DNA of 64,000 nt from Chiloscyllium plagiosum (lineage: Eukaryota), in contig NC_057719.1 in the NCBI RefSeq assembly GCF_004010195.1, positions 14,134,364 to 14,198,363 of the forward strand, given 5' to 3'. The position numbers were made by a program, and so were the translations under genes. Below the pieces are notes generated by a model. That model was not told the origin of the DNA. It was given only the letters and a program-made list of their open reading frames with translations, and ran no database searches. Shown here in pieces: positions 23,410 to 36,975 of this stretch; the stretch's first letter is position 1, and each line of letters begins with the position of its first letter.

Positions 23410-23935
23410 TCCATGATGTTGAGATGCCGGTGTTGGACTGGGGTGAACGCAGTTAAAAATCACACAACACCAAGTTATAGTCCAACAGGTTTATTTGGAA
23501 GTACAAGCTTTTGAAACGCTGCTCCTTCATCAGGGAGCTGTAAGAAGCAGTGCTCCGAAAGTGAATTCTTCCAAATAAACCTGCTTGGGACGGCACGGTG
23601 GCTCAGTGGTTAGCACTGGTGCCTCACAGCGCCAGGGACCCGGGTTCAATTCCCACCTCGGGTAACTGTCTGTATGGAGTTTGCACATTCTCCCCGTGTC
23701 TGCGTGGGTTTCCTCCGGGTGCTCCAGTTTCCTCCCACAGTCCAAAGATGTGTGGGTTAGGTGAATTTGCCATGCTACGTTGCCCGTACTGTTAAGTGTG
23801 TTAGTCAGGGGTAAATGTAGGAGAATGGGTCTGGGTGGGTTGCTCTTCGGACGGTCGGTGTGGACCTGTTGGGCCGAAGGGCCTGTTTTCACACTGTGGG
23901 GAATATAATTATAACCTGGTGTTGTGTGATTTTTA
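23410..23935. mobile_element. Fold-back Penelope-like terminal-repeat insertion (second family), interrupted by a SINE
   Basis: GTTAAAAATCACACAACACCAAGTTATA (about 23452) recurs inverted as TATAACCTGGTGTTGTGTGATTTTTAAC (about 23910-23937); flanked by ACCTCATCAAGGA (23397-23409) and ACCTTATCAAGGA (23936-23948). Confidence 0.7.
23587..23900 (+). mobile_element. HE1/V-SINE-like tRNA-derived SINE, full length
   Basis: Pol III A box (GGTGGCTCAGTGGTTAG) and B box (GGTTCAATTCC), core GGAGTTTGCACATTCTCCCCGTGTCTGCGTGGGTTTCCTCCGGGTGCTCC, and a LINE-like 3' tail. Confidence 0.9.
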
Positions 23936-24242
23936 ACCTTATCAAGGAGATGGAGCAGTCATATGTTGCATAACCTACATTGGTACGATCTTTGATATGT
24001 GTGGGTTGAGGATTGTCAGACTGCCCACCAACTCTCCTACAAAATGCAACAATGTGGAGAGCGGCCAACATTCTCACATCCTAACAGTTCACTGGGCAAC
24101 TCTGTACCCTGGTGCAACTGTTAGACCTTGGCAATGTTTGAGAATTGGTGAACTCTGGTGACACTTCCAATAACCTTTGCTTCACAGAGATCATCAGGGT
24201 GTTTCTTTTCTCTTTCAATCCTCGTCCCCTGCTTATGCATAG

Positions 24243-24400
24243 AACAACCTCGGTTATCCGAATATCTATTATCCAAATTTTGGATAATCCAAACAAGATC
24301 TCAAGGTCCTGTAAACATGTTATCCTTTATCTGAACAATCAGTTATCCAAACAAAATACTCCCCGCCTGTGTCGTTTGGATAATCGAGGTTGTACGGTGT
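24243..24400. mobile_element. MITE-like DNA transposon remnant
   Basis: Terminal inverted repeats ACAACCTCGGTTATCCGAA ... TTGGATAATCGAGGTTGT, with internal copies of the same motif. Confidence 0.6.
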
Positions 24401-25252
24401 ATATTTAAAAAATTAGTTCCCCACACTACTGCCAAACAGCAATAGAGCTTATTTCTCCCCAGCACCCATGTCGTGTGCATGTAGGTGTAGGATGATTAGA
24501 GTTTATTTGTCATGATCAATGATATGGTCACAAGTGCTTTTTGGCCAGGATTTGGGATGTGTATTGTTGGTCAATGCATGTGCTGCACATGTGGAATAAT
24601 TTAATGAGGTATGTAGTATTATGGAATCTACAAATGCCTCATTAATATACTTACGTATACATCAACCCACAAGTCCACCTCACCTTGCAGACTAAACAAA
24701 CTTTCTTGTTCCACTGTGTAATGGCAGCCATTTTCCATCGTAATCGCCCAGTTGGGATTTGATGGTGAATGGTATATTATCCAGGTCTTGCTCCTTCCAG
24801 TGAGGTCTCGTCTCTACCTCAAGGTCAAAGTACCCACTAATCCTTCAGGTACCTGTTTTGTGACACTGTCCCTGTCAACCTCATCAGCTTTGAGGCTTTC
24901 TACATTCCCATTCAATTCCACTTATTTAATTCTCAATCCCCTTTATTTCCCCACTTCAGTCCCTACTTAAATAGGCACACTGTCACAAGACACTGTCCTC
25001 CCCCTCTCCCCAACCGCACTCCATTACAGTGATAAGCCACGGAAGATGACATCAGAAATGTCATTGCGGTCCTTCGAGAGAAATTATCCCCGAACTTCCC
25101 TGAAATTGACTTCCCTAAAATAATGGAAGTTTCAGCCCAAAGTATTTCGATCTCTCTCGACATGTTGAAAACAAGCTGTTATTGAAGAAAATTGGACAGA
25201 ACAATTTCAGCCAACAGCAGAAACAAAAATCTCCAAACATTCCACACGACTG

Positions 25253-25560
25253 GTGGCCCAGTGGCTTAGCAGTTAGTACTGCTACCTCACAGTGTCAGGG
25301 ATGTGGGTTCGATCCCACATCCAGGTGACCGCCTGTGTGGAGTTAGTACGTTCTTCCTGTGTCTGCATGGATCTCCTCCCACAGTCTAAAGGTTAGGTGG
25401 ACTGGCCATGCTCAATTGCCCATAGTGATCAGAGATGTGCAGGCTAGGGTTAGCCATGGGAAATGCAGGGATACAGGATTGGGGGCAGGTGCTCTTCAGA
25501 GAGTGGTATGGACCTGATGGGCTGAATGGCCTGCTTCTGCACTGTAGGGATTCTATGACT
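25253..25560 (+). mobile_element. HE1/V-SINE-like SINE
   Basis: Same family as 23587-23900, more diverged. Confidence 0.8.
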
Positions 25561-26594
25561 GTGAAAATTTGAGCTGCTGGAATCCTCCACCTTAACGGTT
25601 ACATTAGTTGACAATCTTTGACAAAGACTGATTCAAGTCTTTTGTTGGACTGACCTTTCATTTCCAATCTGCACATATGTATGTGCATCATGATGTATTA
25701 TCTACTTTTGCCTAATAAACTCACTTTATACTCTGGAAAATCATGCTTAAATTGGCTCCTTTTAAAATATTTGGTCTGGGAATTGGTGTCCACAGGGAAG
25801 GAGTCCATTTTTAAAAATTAACCAAGTCACAAGCCACAATGTGAAGGGTTGGTTACCAGAAGGAAAGTCAACGCTTCCCTCCACATATCGGAACAGTACC
25901 TTCGCGAAGCAGGCTCGAAGGGCTGAATGGCCTATCCCACTCCTATTTTCAATGTTTCCAACCTAACTAGAGTTGCAAAAGGTTGGGGAACCTCACCTGG
26001 GGACCAATTAGAACAATTATTTCTCCACACATTATGAAATACCTTTCACAGGTGAGGGTCAGGCTCAGTAGTCTATGCACCTTTCAGGCAGACTCCCATC
26101 CACTATCTCATGACCTGATACATTAAAGATCCACCATAACAAATGGAAAACATGAATTGAGTGCAGGTGTCCCCCCTTCATATCTGCGTTTGATATGTTC
26201 CAAGACCTACCGTGCATGCCCGAAACCACGCATAGTAGCGAACCTTATCATTTATATGGGAAACCTGCCTCCCTGGCAGCCCCCTGGAATTGTTTCTGTT
26301 ATGTTCCATGTAATATTTTCAGGCTGCGGTAAACCATGGATAACTGAAGCCACAGAAACCAAATCCGCGGAAATGAGGGTTCTATTGTACATATAAAAGA
26401 TATATAAATGAAAACTAATTGTGACAAATTGTAGAATTGTCATAGAGAACTGACAGTTAGAATGTGGTAGACTCTTAACTACCCTCTGGGCAATTAGGGA
26501 TGGGCAATAAATGCTGGCCTAGCCAGTCATACCCTCATCCCATGAGTAAATGAAAACTATTATGTGTTTCTCAACAGCAGCTGAAACAGTTATG

Positions 26595-26925
26595 GGGTGG
26601 CGCAGTGGACAGCACTGCCACTAGGCAGCACCAGAGACCCAGGTTCGATTCCAGCCTCAGGTGAATGTGGAGTTTACATTCTCCCTGTGTCTGTGTGGAT
26701 TTCCTGCGGGTGCTCCGGTTTCCTCCCACACTACAAAGATGTGCAGGTTAGGTGGATTGTCCAGGCTAAATTGTATGTAGCATCCAGGATGTGCAGGCTA
26801 AGTGAGTTAGCCATGGGGAATGCAGGGCTATAGGGTCAGAAATAGAAGGGGGTAGGAGGATGGATCTGAGTGGAATGCTCTTCAGAGGGCTGCAATGGGC
26901 CGAATGGCCTGCCTCCACACTGTAA
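26595..26925 (+). mobile_element. HE1/V-SINE-like SINE
   Basis: A/B boxes and core match the family. Confidence 0.8.
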
Positions 26926-27461
26926 TGTAAGGGAGTCAATGAGCAGTCAGGCCTTCTTCTTGGAGTAAGTAAACTGGAAAGTTGAGGATTATCAGGCCAG
27001 CCATGATCCCATGGAATGGTGGGATGGGCTGAATGGCCTGCTACTATGTCTTATGATTTTATGTTCTCTTCTCGGCTGGATTTGCTTGCCTAGATAGTTA
27101 GCACTGAGACCTTTTTGTTGAAACTAGACTTCGTGCATGATGTGATTGTTTTCATATTTGTCCTCCAAGGGCTTCAAGGAAAGCTCCACATTCACCAGTC
27201 ATCTATAAAACTTGAATTTTTTTTAGTTGCTGCTATACTCCAGTCAGCAGCGATGCCAACACATATCGCAACGTGGGCAGTCCTTGAACCACAATGTGAA
27301 GGGCTTTGTTCTAGAAAATTGCTTGGAGTTCCTCCTGATTGGTCACCTTTTGGAATTTGCCTCCTTTTTTTTTAAATTACAGGGTAAGGACAATAATAAT
27401 CCTGGCACTGATCTTCGGGATCCAAACTGCATCCCAGACATGGACTCCAGTAATATATTTA

Positions 27462-27703
27462 AAGACAAAAAAAAACTGCAGATGCTGGAATCCAAAGTAG
27501 ACGGGCAGGAGGCTGGAAGAACACAGCAAGCCAGGCAGCATCAGGAGGTAGAGAAGTCAACGTTTTGGGTGTAACTCTTCTTCAGGAAGTGGAGAAGTCA
27601 ACACCCAAAACGTTGACTTCTCCTGATGCTGCCTGGCTGGCTGTGCTCTTCCAGCCTCCTGCCTGTCTACTTTGGATTCCAGCATCTGCATTTTTTTTGT
27701 CTC
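27462..27703. mobile_element. Fold-back Penelope-like terminal-repeat pair (~240-bp hairpin)
   Basis: AAGACAAAAAAAAACTGCAGATGCTGGAATCCAAAGTAGAC... is mirrored by ...GTCTACTTTGGATTCCAGCATCTGCATTTTTTTTGTCT; a decayed hammerhead (minus-strand CTGAAGA..CAAAACGTTG) lies near the centre. Confidence 0.75.
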
Positions 27704-29354
27704 TCAGTATATGCCTACTCCAGCAATATGTTGGCAGGTAATTCCCAATTTGACATTTCTAGCCTCAGGATGAAATAAAACTACGTGTGAACGCTGTTGC
27801 TTTAAGATGAGCAAAGGACATACATAAGAAAAGGCCACAATGAGCTCCTGAGCTAGGTTAGAGTTCCCAGGGTTGGCCGTGGACTTTTGAGCCAAGAACT
27901 TCCATGCTGAGGGGAAATAAAATGAACTGTTTCTCAACTGAGTATGTGAAAGCCATAAATTGCCACATTATAAACTGCAAAACAAACATAAGAATAACAA
28001 ACATGAAAAAGAAAGTCTGAATACTGTGGAGTTACAGCCAGTTTTATTGCCAAGGTTGAAAGTGACAAATTTGTGAGTGTTGGAGTGGTAGACTTTCTTG
28101 CCAACAGCCCCATCTTTGACCAGAGACAGTGTCTATAGGCAATGTCAAAACCACATCAAGTGACTAGCCAATGGAGTAATTGATATAATAATTGTAACAA
28201 GAAGACAGACATAACAGGTTCAATCAGGACCCAGCTAATGCCAGGAAGTGACGATTTTTTCAAGGAAACAATATGCCATCTTATGGGAAAATCTGGTACT
28301 GCAGATGCACTGAGCTGCAAGAAATGTGTCCATTATCAACTGAGCAAGCATAACATTGGAAACTCCAGTGGATATCCAGTATTTTCCCCAGGAAACACTG
28401 ATCCCCACTCCACCTCTGGTATTTTCTTTAATTTGCTAACCTATACTTGATTTGCCTCATTAATCAATTTTTTTTTAAAAAAGAGTCTTGCATATCGGTA
28501 CAGAAATCAGATTAAAACTACTTTTATCAGGTTAAAATAACTTTTACACAATGCAAATTGTGTAAAAGTTTGCTTGAACACCTTTGTGTCAAGATCCCAG
28601 ACATGGAGAATGTGTGGGAGCAGTATTTCACTGTGGCTGGAATACTCCTGGGGAAACAGCCAGTGTTTTTTAGCAGCTGCTTTTTATTTTGCAAATAATG
28701 CAGACTTGAAAATGTTCAGCATTTGTAGGTTGCATGACAACTGATAAATAAAAATCATATATCAACCAATACCAGTTCCCAAGTTATCAGACAGATGGCA
28801 AAGATGCTGAATGAGAAGGAATGATTAAAGTAGATGATTCCCTGCTCAAAAAGGAGTAAGCTTTTGTTTTGCACTTGGTGTCTGTTTGCGCAAAGGACCA
28901 ATAAAGTCAAATCTCTGTGCAAATCTGATTATTAGGCAATGTGATGTAAATAGTTTAAAGATCCATTTAATATACCTGTAGAATTATGCATAGTGGTAAT
29001 GTAAAAACAATGTCTAAATATTGTAGTTTTGTGAATAAAATGGAATAACCAATTGCAACAAGATGCAGTTCCTAACAATGAATATACTAAGGAACAATTA
29101 AGATTCTCATGCAAGTCATTATATGAGGTTTCAACTGTGTGGATAATTAAGGAGTAATTTTTCTTCTTTCTGAAAAAGGTAACATGCTGCGAAAGATTTT
29201 TCCTTTGCATACATCAGGAAAGATGATATAACTTGTGCTCTGGAGGTAGAGGTCCTTGTGTATATTTGAGGCTGAGACAAATTCTTGATCAGTTGAGGAA
29301 CCAAGAGTTACAGGGAAGGGGCAGGAAATTCGGAGTCAGGAATGTCAAATCAAC

Positions 29355-30750
29355 CAGGAATGGCAAATGTAATTCCTCTCTTCAAGAAAGGAAATAGGGA
29401 AATCCCTGGCAATTACAGACCAGTAAGTCTCACGTCTGTCGTCTGCAAGGTTAGAGAAAGGATTTTGAGGCATAGGATTTATGACCATCTGGAAGAGCAT
29501 GGCTTGATTAAATGCAGTCAACACGGCTTTGTGAGGGGCAGGTCATGCCTCACAAACCTTATCGAGTTCTTTGAGGATGTGACTAGAAACGTTGATGAGG
29601 GTCGAGCTGTGGATGTGGTGTATATGGACTTCAGCAAGGCATTTGATAAGGTTCCCCATGGTAGGCTCATTCAGAAGGTCAGGTGGAATGGGATACAGGG
29701 GATCTCAGCTGTCTGGATACAGAATTGGCTGGCCAACAGAAGACAGCGAGTGGTAGTAGAAGGAAAATATTCTGCCTGGAAGTCAGTGGCGAGTGGTGTT
29801 CCACAGGGCTCTGTCCTTGGGCTTCTACTGTTTGTAATTTTTATTAATGACTTGGATGAGGGGATTGAAGGATGGGCCAGCAAGTTTGCAGACGATACAA
29901 AGGTTGGCTGTTGTAGGCTGCAGCGGGACATTGACAGGATGCAGAGATGGGCTGAGAGTTGGCAGATGGAGTTCAACCTGGATAAATGTGAGGTGATGCA
30001 TTTTGGAAGGTCGAATTTGAAAGCTGAGTACAGGATTAAGGATAGGATTCTTGGAAGTGTAGATGAACAGAGGGATCTTGGGGTGCAGGTACATAGATCC
30101 CTTAAAATGGCCACCCAAGTAGACAGGGTTGTTAAGAAAGCATATGGTGTTTTGGCTTTCATTAACAGGGGGATTGAGTTTAAGAGTCATGAGATCTTGT
30201 TGCAGCTCTATAAAGCTTTGGTTAGACCGCACTTGGAATACTGCGTCCAGTTCTGGTTGCCCTATTATAAGAAAGATGTGGATGCTTTGGAGAGGGTTCA
30301 GAGGAGGTTTACCAGGATGCTGCCTGGACTGGAGGGCTTATCTTATGAAGAGAGGTTGACTGAGCTCGGACCTTTTGCATTGGAGAAAAGGAGGAGGAGA
30401 GGGGACCTAATTGAGGTATACAAGATAATGAGAGGCATAGATAGTCTCTGGCTATCGACTCTATTTCTCAGGGCAGAAATGGCTAACAGGAGGGATCATA
30501 GTTTTAAGCTGTTTGGAGGAAAGTATAGAGGGGATGTCAGAGGCGGGTTCTTTACACAGAGTTGAGAGAGCATGGAATGCGTTGCCAGCAGCAGTTGTGG
30601 AAGCAAGGTCATTGGGGACATTTAAGAGACTGCTGAACATGCATATGATTACAGAAATTTGAGGGTGCATACATGAGGATCAATGGTCGGCACAACATTG
30701 TGGGCTGAAGGGACTGTTCTGTGCTGTACTGTTCTATGTTCTATGTTCTA
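29355..30750 (+). mobile_element. Relatively young 5'-truncated CR1-clade LINE with an open RT frame
   Basis: 407-aa ORF 29342..30565: NYRPVSLTS, QHGFVRGRSCLTNL, VYMDFSKAFDKV, GVPQGSVLG, FADDTK, HLEYCVQFW; tail (TGTTCTA)n at about 30730-30750. Confidence 0.95.
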
Positions 30751-33626
30751 ACCATGATCCTATTGAATGAGGGAGCAGGCCCGAGGGGCCAAATAGCCTA
30801 TTCCTGTTCCTCTTTCTTAAGGTCTTATACCAAAGGGTGTGCTGATGTTGGAGAATCAAGATGAATGTCAATAACAGTAGACCTTTTTTCAGTAGTAATC
30901 AAGTTATGTACCATTAAGCAACTATTTCCTTTCTCCACCAAGAAACAGGAGAAGAATTCAGATACACATTTCTCAGTATCTTCTCAATTTTAGTTTGAAG
31001 CAGTGTAGGCTTTGAAAATTATCACTTCAGTTGCATCCCGTGTTGACAATGAGAAATAGATGTTATTGGTTGATCTATAACAAGTAACCAAAACTGCTCC
31101 ACAGGGCAGAGAATTTGCACTTTATATGATACAGTGTAGAAAAAGTTACGTTTTGCAACAGGAAACTAAAGCAAAATGAAATATGGTTAAGGCACTTACT
31201 TTGAATTTTCAGCACGAGATACTAGAATTTATAGCCAGATCACTTGTAAAAAGAATAAAATCTGAACGGAAAACAATTACAATGTTATTACTAAATATCT
31301 AACATTTCTCTTACCTAAAACATTAAATACATTGTATTTTGTATATAAATCTGTACAAAACATATGCTCTACGTTTTTGAGAATGGTACTTGTATCCACA
31401 AAACATGTACAGGAATCAGGTGTAGCTTTACAGATGTTTTAGAAGCAAGTACGATTTACAAGACATACCAGAGCTTATTATTAATTAAAAAAAAACGAAA
31501 TACACAGACAAAAGAAAAAAAATGTTTTGTTCACTTGAGATTTTCAATAATTTACCTGCCCCTTGTTTAGCACTGATTAGACTTGAGAGAGAATTTACGA
31601 CACATTCCTATGATGTGCGAGACTTTTAAATTTAAATATGAATTAATATACAAGCTGCAGCCTATTTGAACAGCTCATTAGTCATATGGGTCTGTATTCA
31701 TAAAAATCAATATGCTTCTTAATTTATATTTTATTGCAATCACATAGAAAATCATGCTGTAACTTTAAAAATTATTTGGTCCCACCGGTGAATCAACAAG
31801 AGTCTTCAGTGAGTTTGCTGAACCATGTTTGTTCTAGATTTGATTATATTTCCATAGCTGAGTTACATGATTGGCATCAGCTTCTCTGCGCTTAGGGGAA
31901 TAAAGTGACCTGTATTTCCAATCGCCAATCAGCACAGTTAATTAGTTGATGCTACAAACAAGACTGGACTGTGATTGAACAGTAATTTAACCAAATCCAG
32001 GGGTTTAAATATGTAGGATGAATACCTCATCCATGCATGTACTTGAATCAACTACATGGATAGAATCAACAGCTTCAACAGAGAACATAAGGGAGAAACT
32101 TTGTGAGGTAAAGAAAGATCATATTATTCATGTTCAAGGCAATTGAGGTAAATTTCCAAAGTAAATTAATAATACAATTGAAGCACGTTTATATGTTAAC
32201 AGCAGCTTTGTAAAAGAAAACTGCCAGGTAATGGTTCTGTATTAAAATCCAATTCTGAACTACTCAAAATAATTTACATCTTGTGTTAAGGTGAATTTGA
32301 ATTACTCCCTTCTTGTTACATGAAATTTTCCATTGGCTTTCCTAAAGCAATGAATAGATATTGTGAAAGTTACAATTCAATCAACTTCTGAGCAGCTTAG
32401 CTCTAGTTAGAATCTTCCTCTGGCTACATGGTGTAATGATAATTCAAAGTTTTGTTTTAAATTTGTTCTTTATCAACAATTGCAAATTTAGTGCATAGAA
32501 CGTTAACATAACTCAAGCTACTAAGGGACAAGAAATCCAATTAGCTGAGGACAATACTAACAGCAATCAATACTGCATCATATATCTGCCACCTTATCAC
32601 ATAAATAGGGAAAAAAAGAGTATTACTTGAGGCCATTGAAGGATTTTTAATTAGAATGCTATAATTTCAGATACATTTCCAGGATTAAAAACTTTAGAAG
32701 GTTACAGTTTGAATAAATGCACCTTTATTCTTCTGATATTTAGATAGTGGATTTAGTTTAAGGTAGCCTTTGTAAGCCAATTTGTTTCAACAATTTGTTA
32801 AAATTCCATGCTAATCTATAAATTTTGGCTGATAGCATGTTATAGAATTAAGACAACCACAATGATTATTTAAGACCTTAACTGATTTCTTTTTTTACCT
32901 TCAGTATTTCAGTCTACATGGCATTCACCACAGTGAAAACATTGGGGGAGGATCATTGCATGGATGCAGAACATCTGAATATCATTAACATCATGCTTGA
33001 ATAACATATACACCCTTGGGAGGCTGGATCAATGTGGTACAGTGAACTGTGAATACATGCGAATTACATATAAATGTGTGTTTTCTGTGTGAAAGGTGGC
33101 AGAGAGCTGGCACAGACTTAATGGGCCAAATGGCCTTTTTTCTGTACTGTGGACCTTTATGAAATCAAGTTGTTGAATGGCAAGATCCAGCTTACTGTTC
33201 TCCAACTTCATACCTAACTGAATGTTTGCTATATGTTGCATTGAGTAGGAAATAATTGACATGCATGCTGGCCCCAAAACAACACAATTAGAGCAATTCC
33301 TTCAAGCTGCTACAGGGAGGTCCATTTCATTCTGCTCCTAGGTTCCAGAAATCCCTTGCCTGTCATCCAATCCTAATACAAAATCCAGAAACATTTTTAA
33401 TGAGGCTAACAAGAACAGATTTTATCCATATCTGTAAGTTTATAACTCAAGCCTATGTTAGATGAAACATATTGCCTGCAGAATTAAATATAATGGAACT
33501 TTACATGAACCAGAATTAGAGTTATTATGGGGCAGAAGGAGGACCTTTGGCCCATTGTGCCTGTATTTATTATCCGATGCCAATCTCCTGCCTTTTCTCC
33601 ATATCCCCGCACACTATTACTATTAC

Positions 33627-33930
33627 AGTTAGCACTGCTGCCTCACAGTGCCAGAGACCCGGGTTCAATTCCCGCCTCAGGCGACACTCTGTGTGGAGTT
33701 TGCACATTCTCCCCGTGTCTGCGTGGGTTTCCTCCGGGTGCTCCGGTTTCCTCCCACAATCCAAAAATGTGCAGGTTAGGTGAATTGGCCAGGCTAAATT
33801 GCCCGTAGTGTTAGGTGAAGCGGTAAATGTAGGAGAATGGGCCTGGGTGGGTTATACTTTGCCAGGTCGGTGTGGACTTGTTGGGCCGAAAGGCCTGTCT
33901 CCACACTGTAAGTAATCTAATCTAATCTAT
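33627..33930 (+). mobile_element. HE1/V-SINE-like SINE
   Basis: B box, core and (TAATC)n tail. Confidence 0.88.
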
Positions 33931-35039
33931 TCAGAAACCATCCAAGGCTCACTTGAATGCCTCAGTTGAACCTGCCTCCACCATATCTCCAAACAAGGAA
34001 ATTCTGACTTTGTAAATAGATGACATTGCACTTGTGAAATTAATTTTGTATTCCCTTTATAAAGTCAAAAACGACTTGGGTTGATAAAGAGACAATAGGG
34101 TTCAACTATTATTATAATAATTATTCTATTACCAAAGCTTGCAATCTATTTTTATGTCATAGCTTAGCAACTAAGTACATTTTGGCAGCTCTTCTGTTAA
34201 CAGTGAGATATGGAGCTTGTGCTATGATGTTAGTTCCTCTCACACATTTGCACATCTTGTGTTATTATTTTTGATTGCTCTTTCCTGACCTTTCAGTTTT
34301 AGGAAGCAACAGCAGCAAAGTTCTCATTGAAACATTTCTAAATTTAAATCCCTCCGATTGGAGGTTTACTTATTGAAGAGTACATGGTGAAATTGGAAGT
34401 TCCAGCTCTCAAACTTTCCAATAAGAAGTTATACTGCCTTAATTCCCAGAGGATTCCAAGTAGTAGGCATAATTGGTGTTGGAGTTTGGGGGCGGTGGTG
34501 CACATTTCTACAACTACCTTATAATTCTTATATCACACTTTTTACTGAAAATTATTCCAATTCATTGAAATATTTTGATTATGGCATTTAAAGAGGTGTG
34601 AACACATACATATAACAAATAATAACAATAAAACAGGATTTTTTATTATCTAAAAAGCAAAACTAAGAATAAAAAATACTTACAGATTTAAAGAGATGAG
34701 CTCAGAAGTTACGTTATGCAATATTAGAATTGGAGTGTTTAATGAGGTGGCATGAAATTACTTTGTAGGTTGTTTGGATAGATATTACCCATTTAACAAA
34801 AATGTGTTAGATTTGAACAAGATAATTTCATACAAATGTGGTCAGTTTACGTTAATATTGTTTTTAGAATGCAGTTTTCAATGGAAGGGAACTGAAAACT
34901 GTCAGTGGGAGGTCATAATAAATCCTTACTGGCACACTTGTACTAATCCTCGAGAACCTCATTGATACAGCACTAATAGCTGTAGCCATAGAGGAATGCT
35001 TTGAAATCAAATCGTATTCAAAAAAGAGAGGGAGACAGT

Positions 35040-36975
35040 AGGCCAGTTAGATTAAAATTCTACAGTCTATTATAAAGGATGTTATAGGAGAACATTGAGA
35101 AATCCATGATATAATCACGCAGTCAACATGGCTCCATGAAGGGGAAATCATACCCGACAAATTTACTAGAATTTGAGAAGGTAACAAGCAAGCAGATAAA
35201 GCAGAACCAGTAGATGCAATTGGATTTCCAGGGTGCATTTTTGGGGAGGCAATTAGTGGTGTTAATTGCTGGACTGTTAATCCAGAAATGCAGGTGTTGT
35301 TCTGGGGACACAGTACAAATCCCGCCATAGCAGATGGTGGTAGTTGAATTAAATTTTAAAAATCTGGAATGAAGAGTCTGATGATAACCATGAAACTGTT
35401 GCTGATTGTTGGAAAAAACCCATCTGGTGCACTAATGTCTTCTAGGGAAGGAAACTGCCAACCTTACCTGGTCTGGATTACATGTATCTCCAGACCCCCA
35501 GCAATATGGGTGACTCTTGACTGTTCCCTAGGAAGAACAATAAATACTGGCCCTCAACCCATGAATGAATTTTAATAAATTGATAAAACTATCTAATAAC
35601 ACAACAGACCAGGGGGTTGGGGGAATGTATATTAGCATAGGTAAAGGATTGGCTAACTAATAGAAAGACAGACAGTTAACATTGGAGGGGCATTTTTCAG
35701 CTTGGCAGCATGTAGATTGCTGCAGGGATCAGTGCTGGAGTCACAACTATTTACAATACATATTAGTGACTTGGATGGCAGAAGTGAACGTACTATATCC
35801 ACGTTTGTAGGTGACACAAAAATAGGGAATAGGGCAAGTATTGAAGATGATACAAAGAGTCAACAAAGGGATATAGACAGGTTAAATAAGTGGGCAAAAA
35901 TTTGGGAAAATGGAATAATATTGGAGAACCTGGGGTTATACACTTGGGCAGAAAGAATAGAAGAGTTGAATATTATTTGAATGGAGAGAAACTGCAGTGG
36001 GATGCAGCACAGAGGTTTGGAGATCCTCATGAATGATTCAGAAAAAGCTAGCATCCAGGTGCAGCAGGTAATAGGGAGCTTAAATGGAATGTTGACCTTT
36101 ATTTCAAAGGGCATGGAGAATGTGGGAATGAGAGATATGGAAGTCTTGCTAAAAGTATACAAAGCACCACTTGGACCATAGCTAGAATACTGTGAACAGT
36201 TTTGGTTCCCTTATCTAGGGAATGATATACTGACATTGGAGGTAGTCCAGCAAAGGTTCATCAGGCTAATACCAGCTATGCAGGGATTTTCTTATGAGGA
36301 GAGGTTTAAATAGGGTGGGCCTGTTCTCATTGGAGTCCAGAAGAATGAGAGGAAACCTAATTGCAACGAATGAGATTATTAAGGGACTTGACAGGTGCTA
36401 AGAGATTGTGGGCGGCACGGTGGCACGGTGGTTAGCACTGTTGCCTCACAGCGCCAGAGACCCGGGTTCAATTCCCGCCTCAGGCAACTGACTGTGTGGA
36501 GTTTGCACGTTCTCCCCGTGTCTGCAGGGGTTTCCTCCCATCATCCAAAGATGTGCAGGCCAGGTGAATTGGCCATGCTGAATTGCCCGTAGTGTTAGGT
36601 AAGGGGTATGGGTGGGTTGCGGGTCGGTGTGGACTTGTTGGGCCGAAGGACCTGTTTCCACACTAATGTAATCTCATACTAATGAGACAGTCTAGGACCA
36701 GAATTCATAATCTCAGAATAAGGAGTCATCTATTTAGGACAGAGATGAGGAGGAATTTCTTCTTTCAGAGAGTTGTGAATCAATGGAATTCATTACCACA
36801 GAAAGCTTTCAGGACTGGATTGTTGAGAGATTGACAGATTTTTAAGTGGGGACAGAATCAAGGGTTATGGGGAAAAGGCAAGGAAGTAAAGTTGAGGGTT
36901 ATCAGCTTGGCCATAATCTCATTGCGTGGTAGAGTAGACTTAATGGGCTGAATGGCCTACTTCTGCTTCTACCTT
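35040..36975 (+). mobile_element. Degraded CR1 LINE with nested SINEs (about 35255-35575 and 36410-36675)
   Basis: QGSVLESQLFTIHISDLD and FVGDTKIG remnants; SINE A/B boxes at about 36410-36475. Confidence 0.8.

Noticed and set aside
23587..23660. tRNA genes
   Set aside because: The A/B boxes belong to tRNA-derived SINE heads that continue into the SINE core; no complete cloverleaf.
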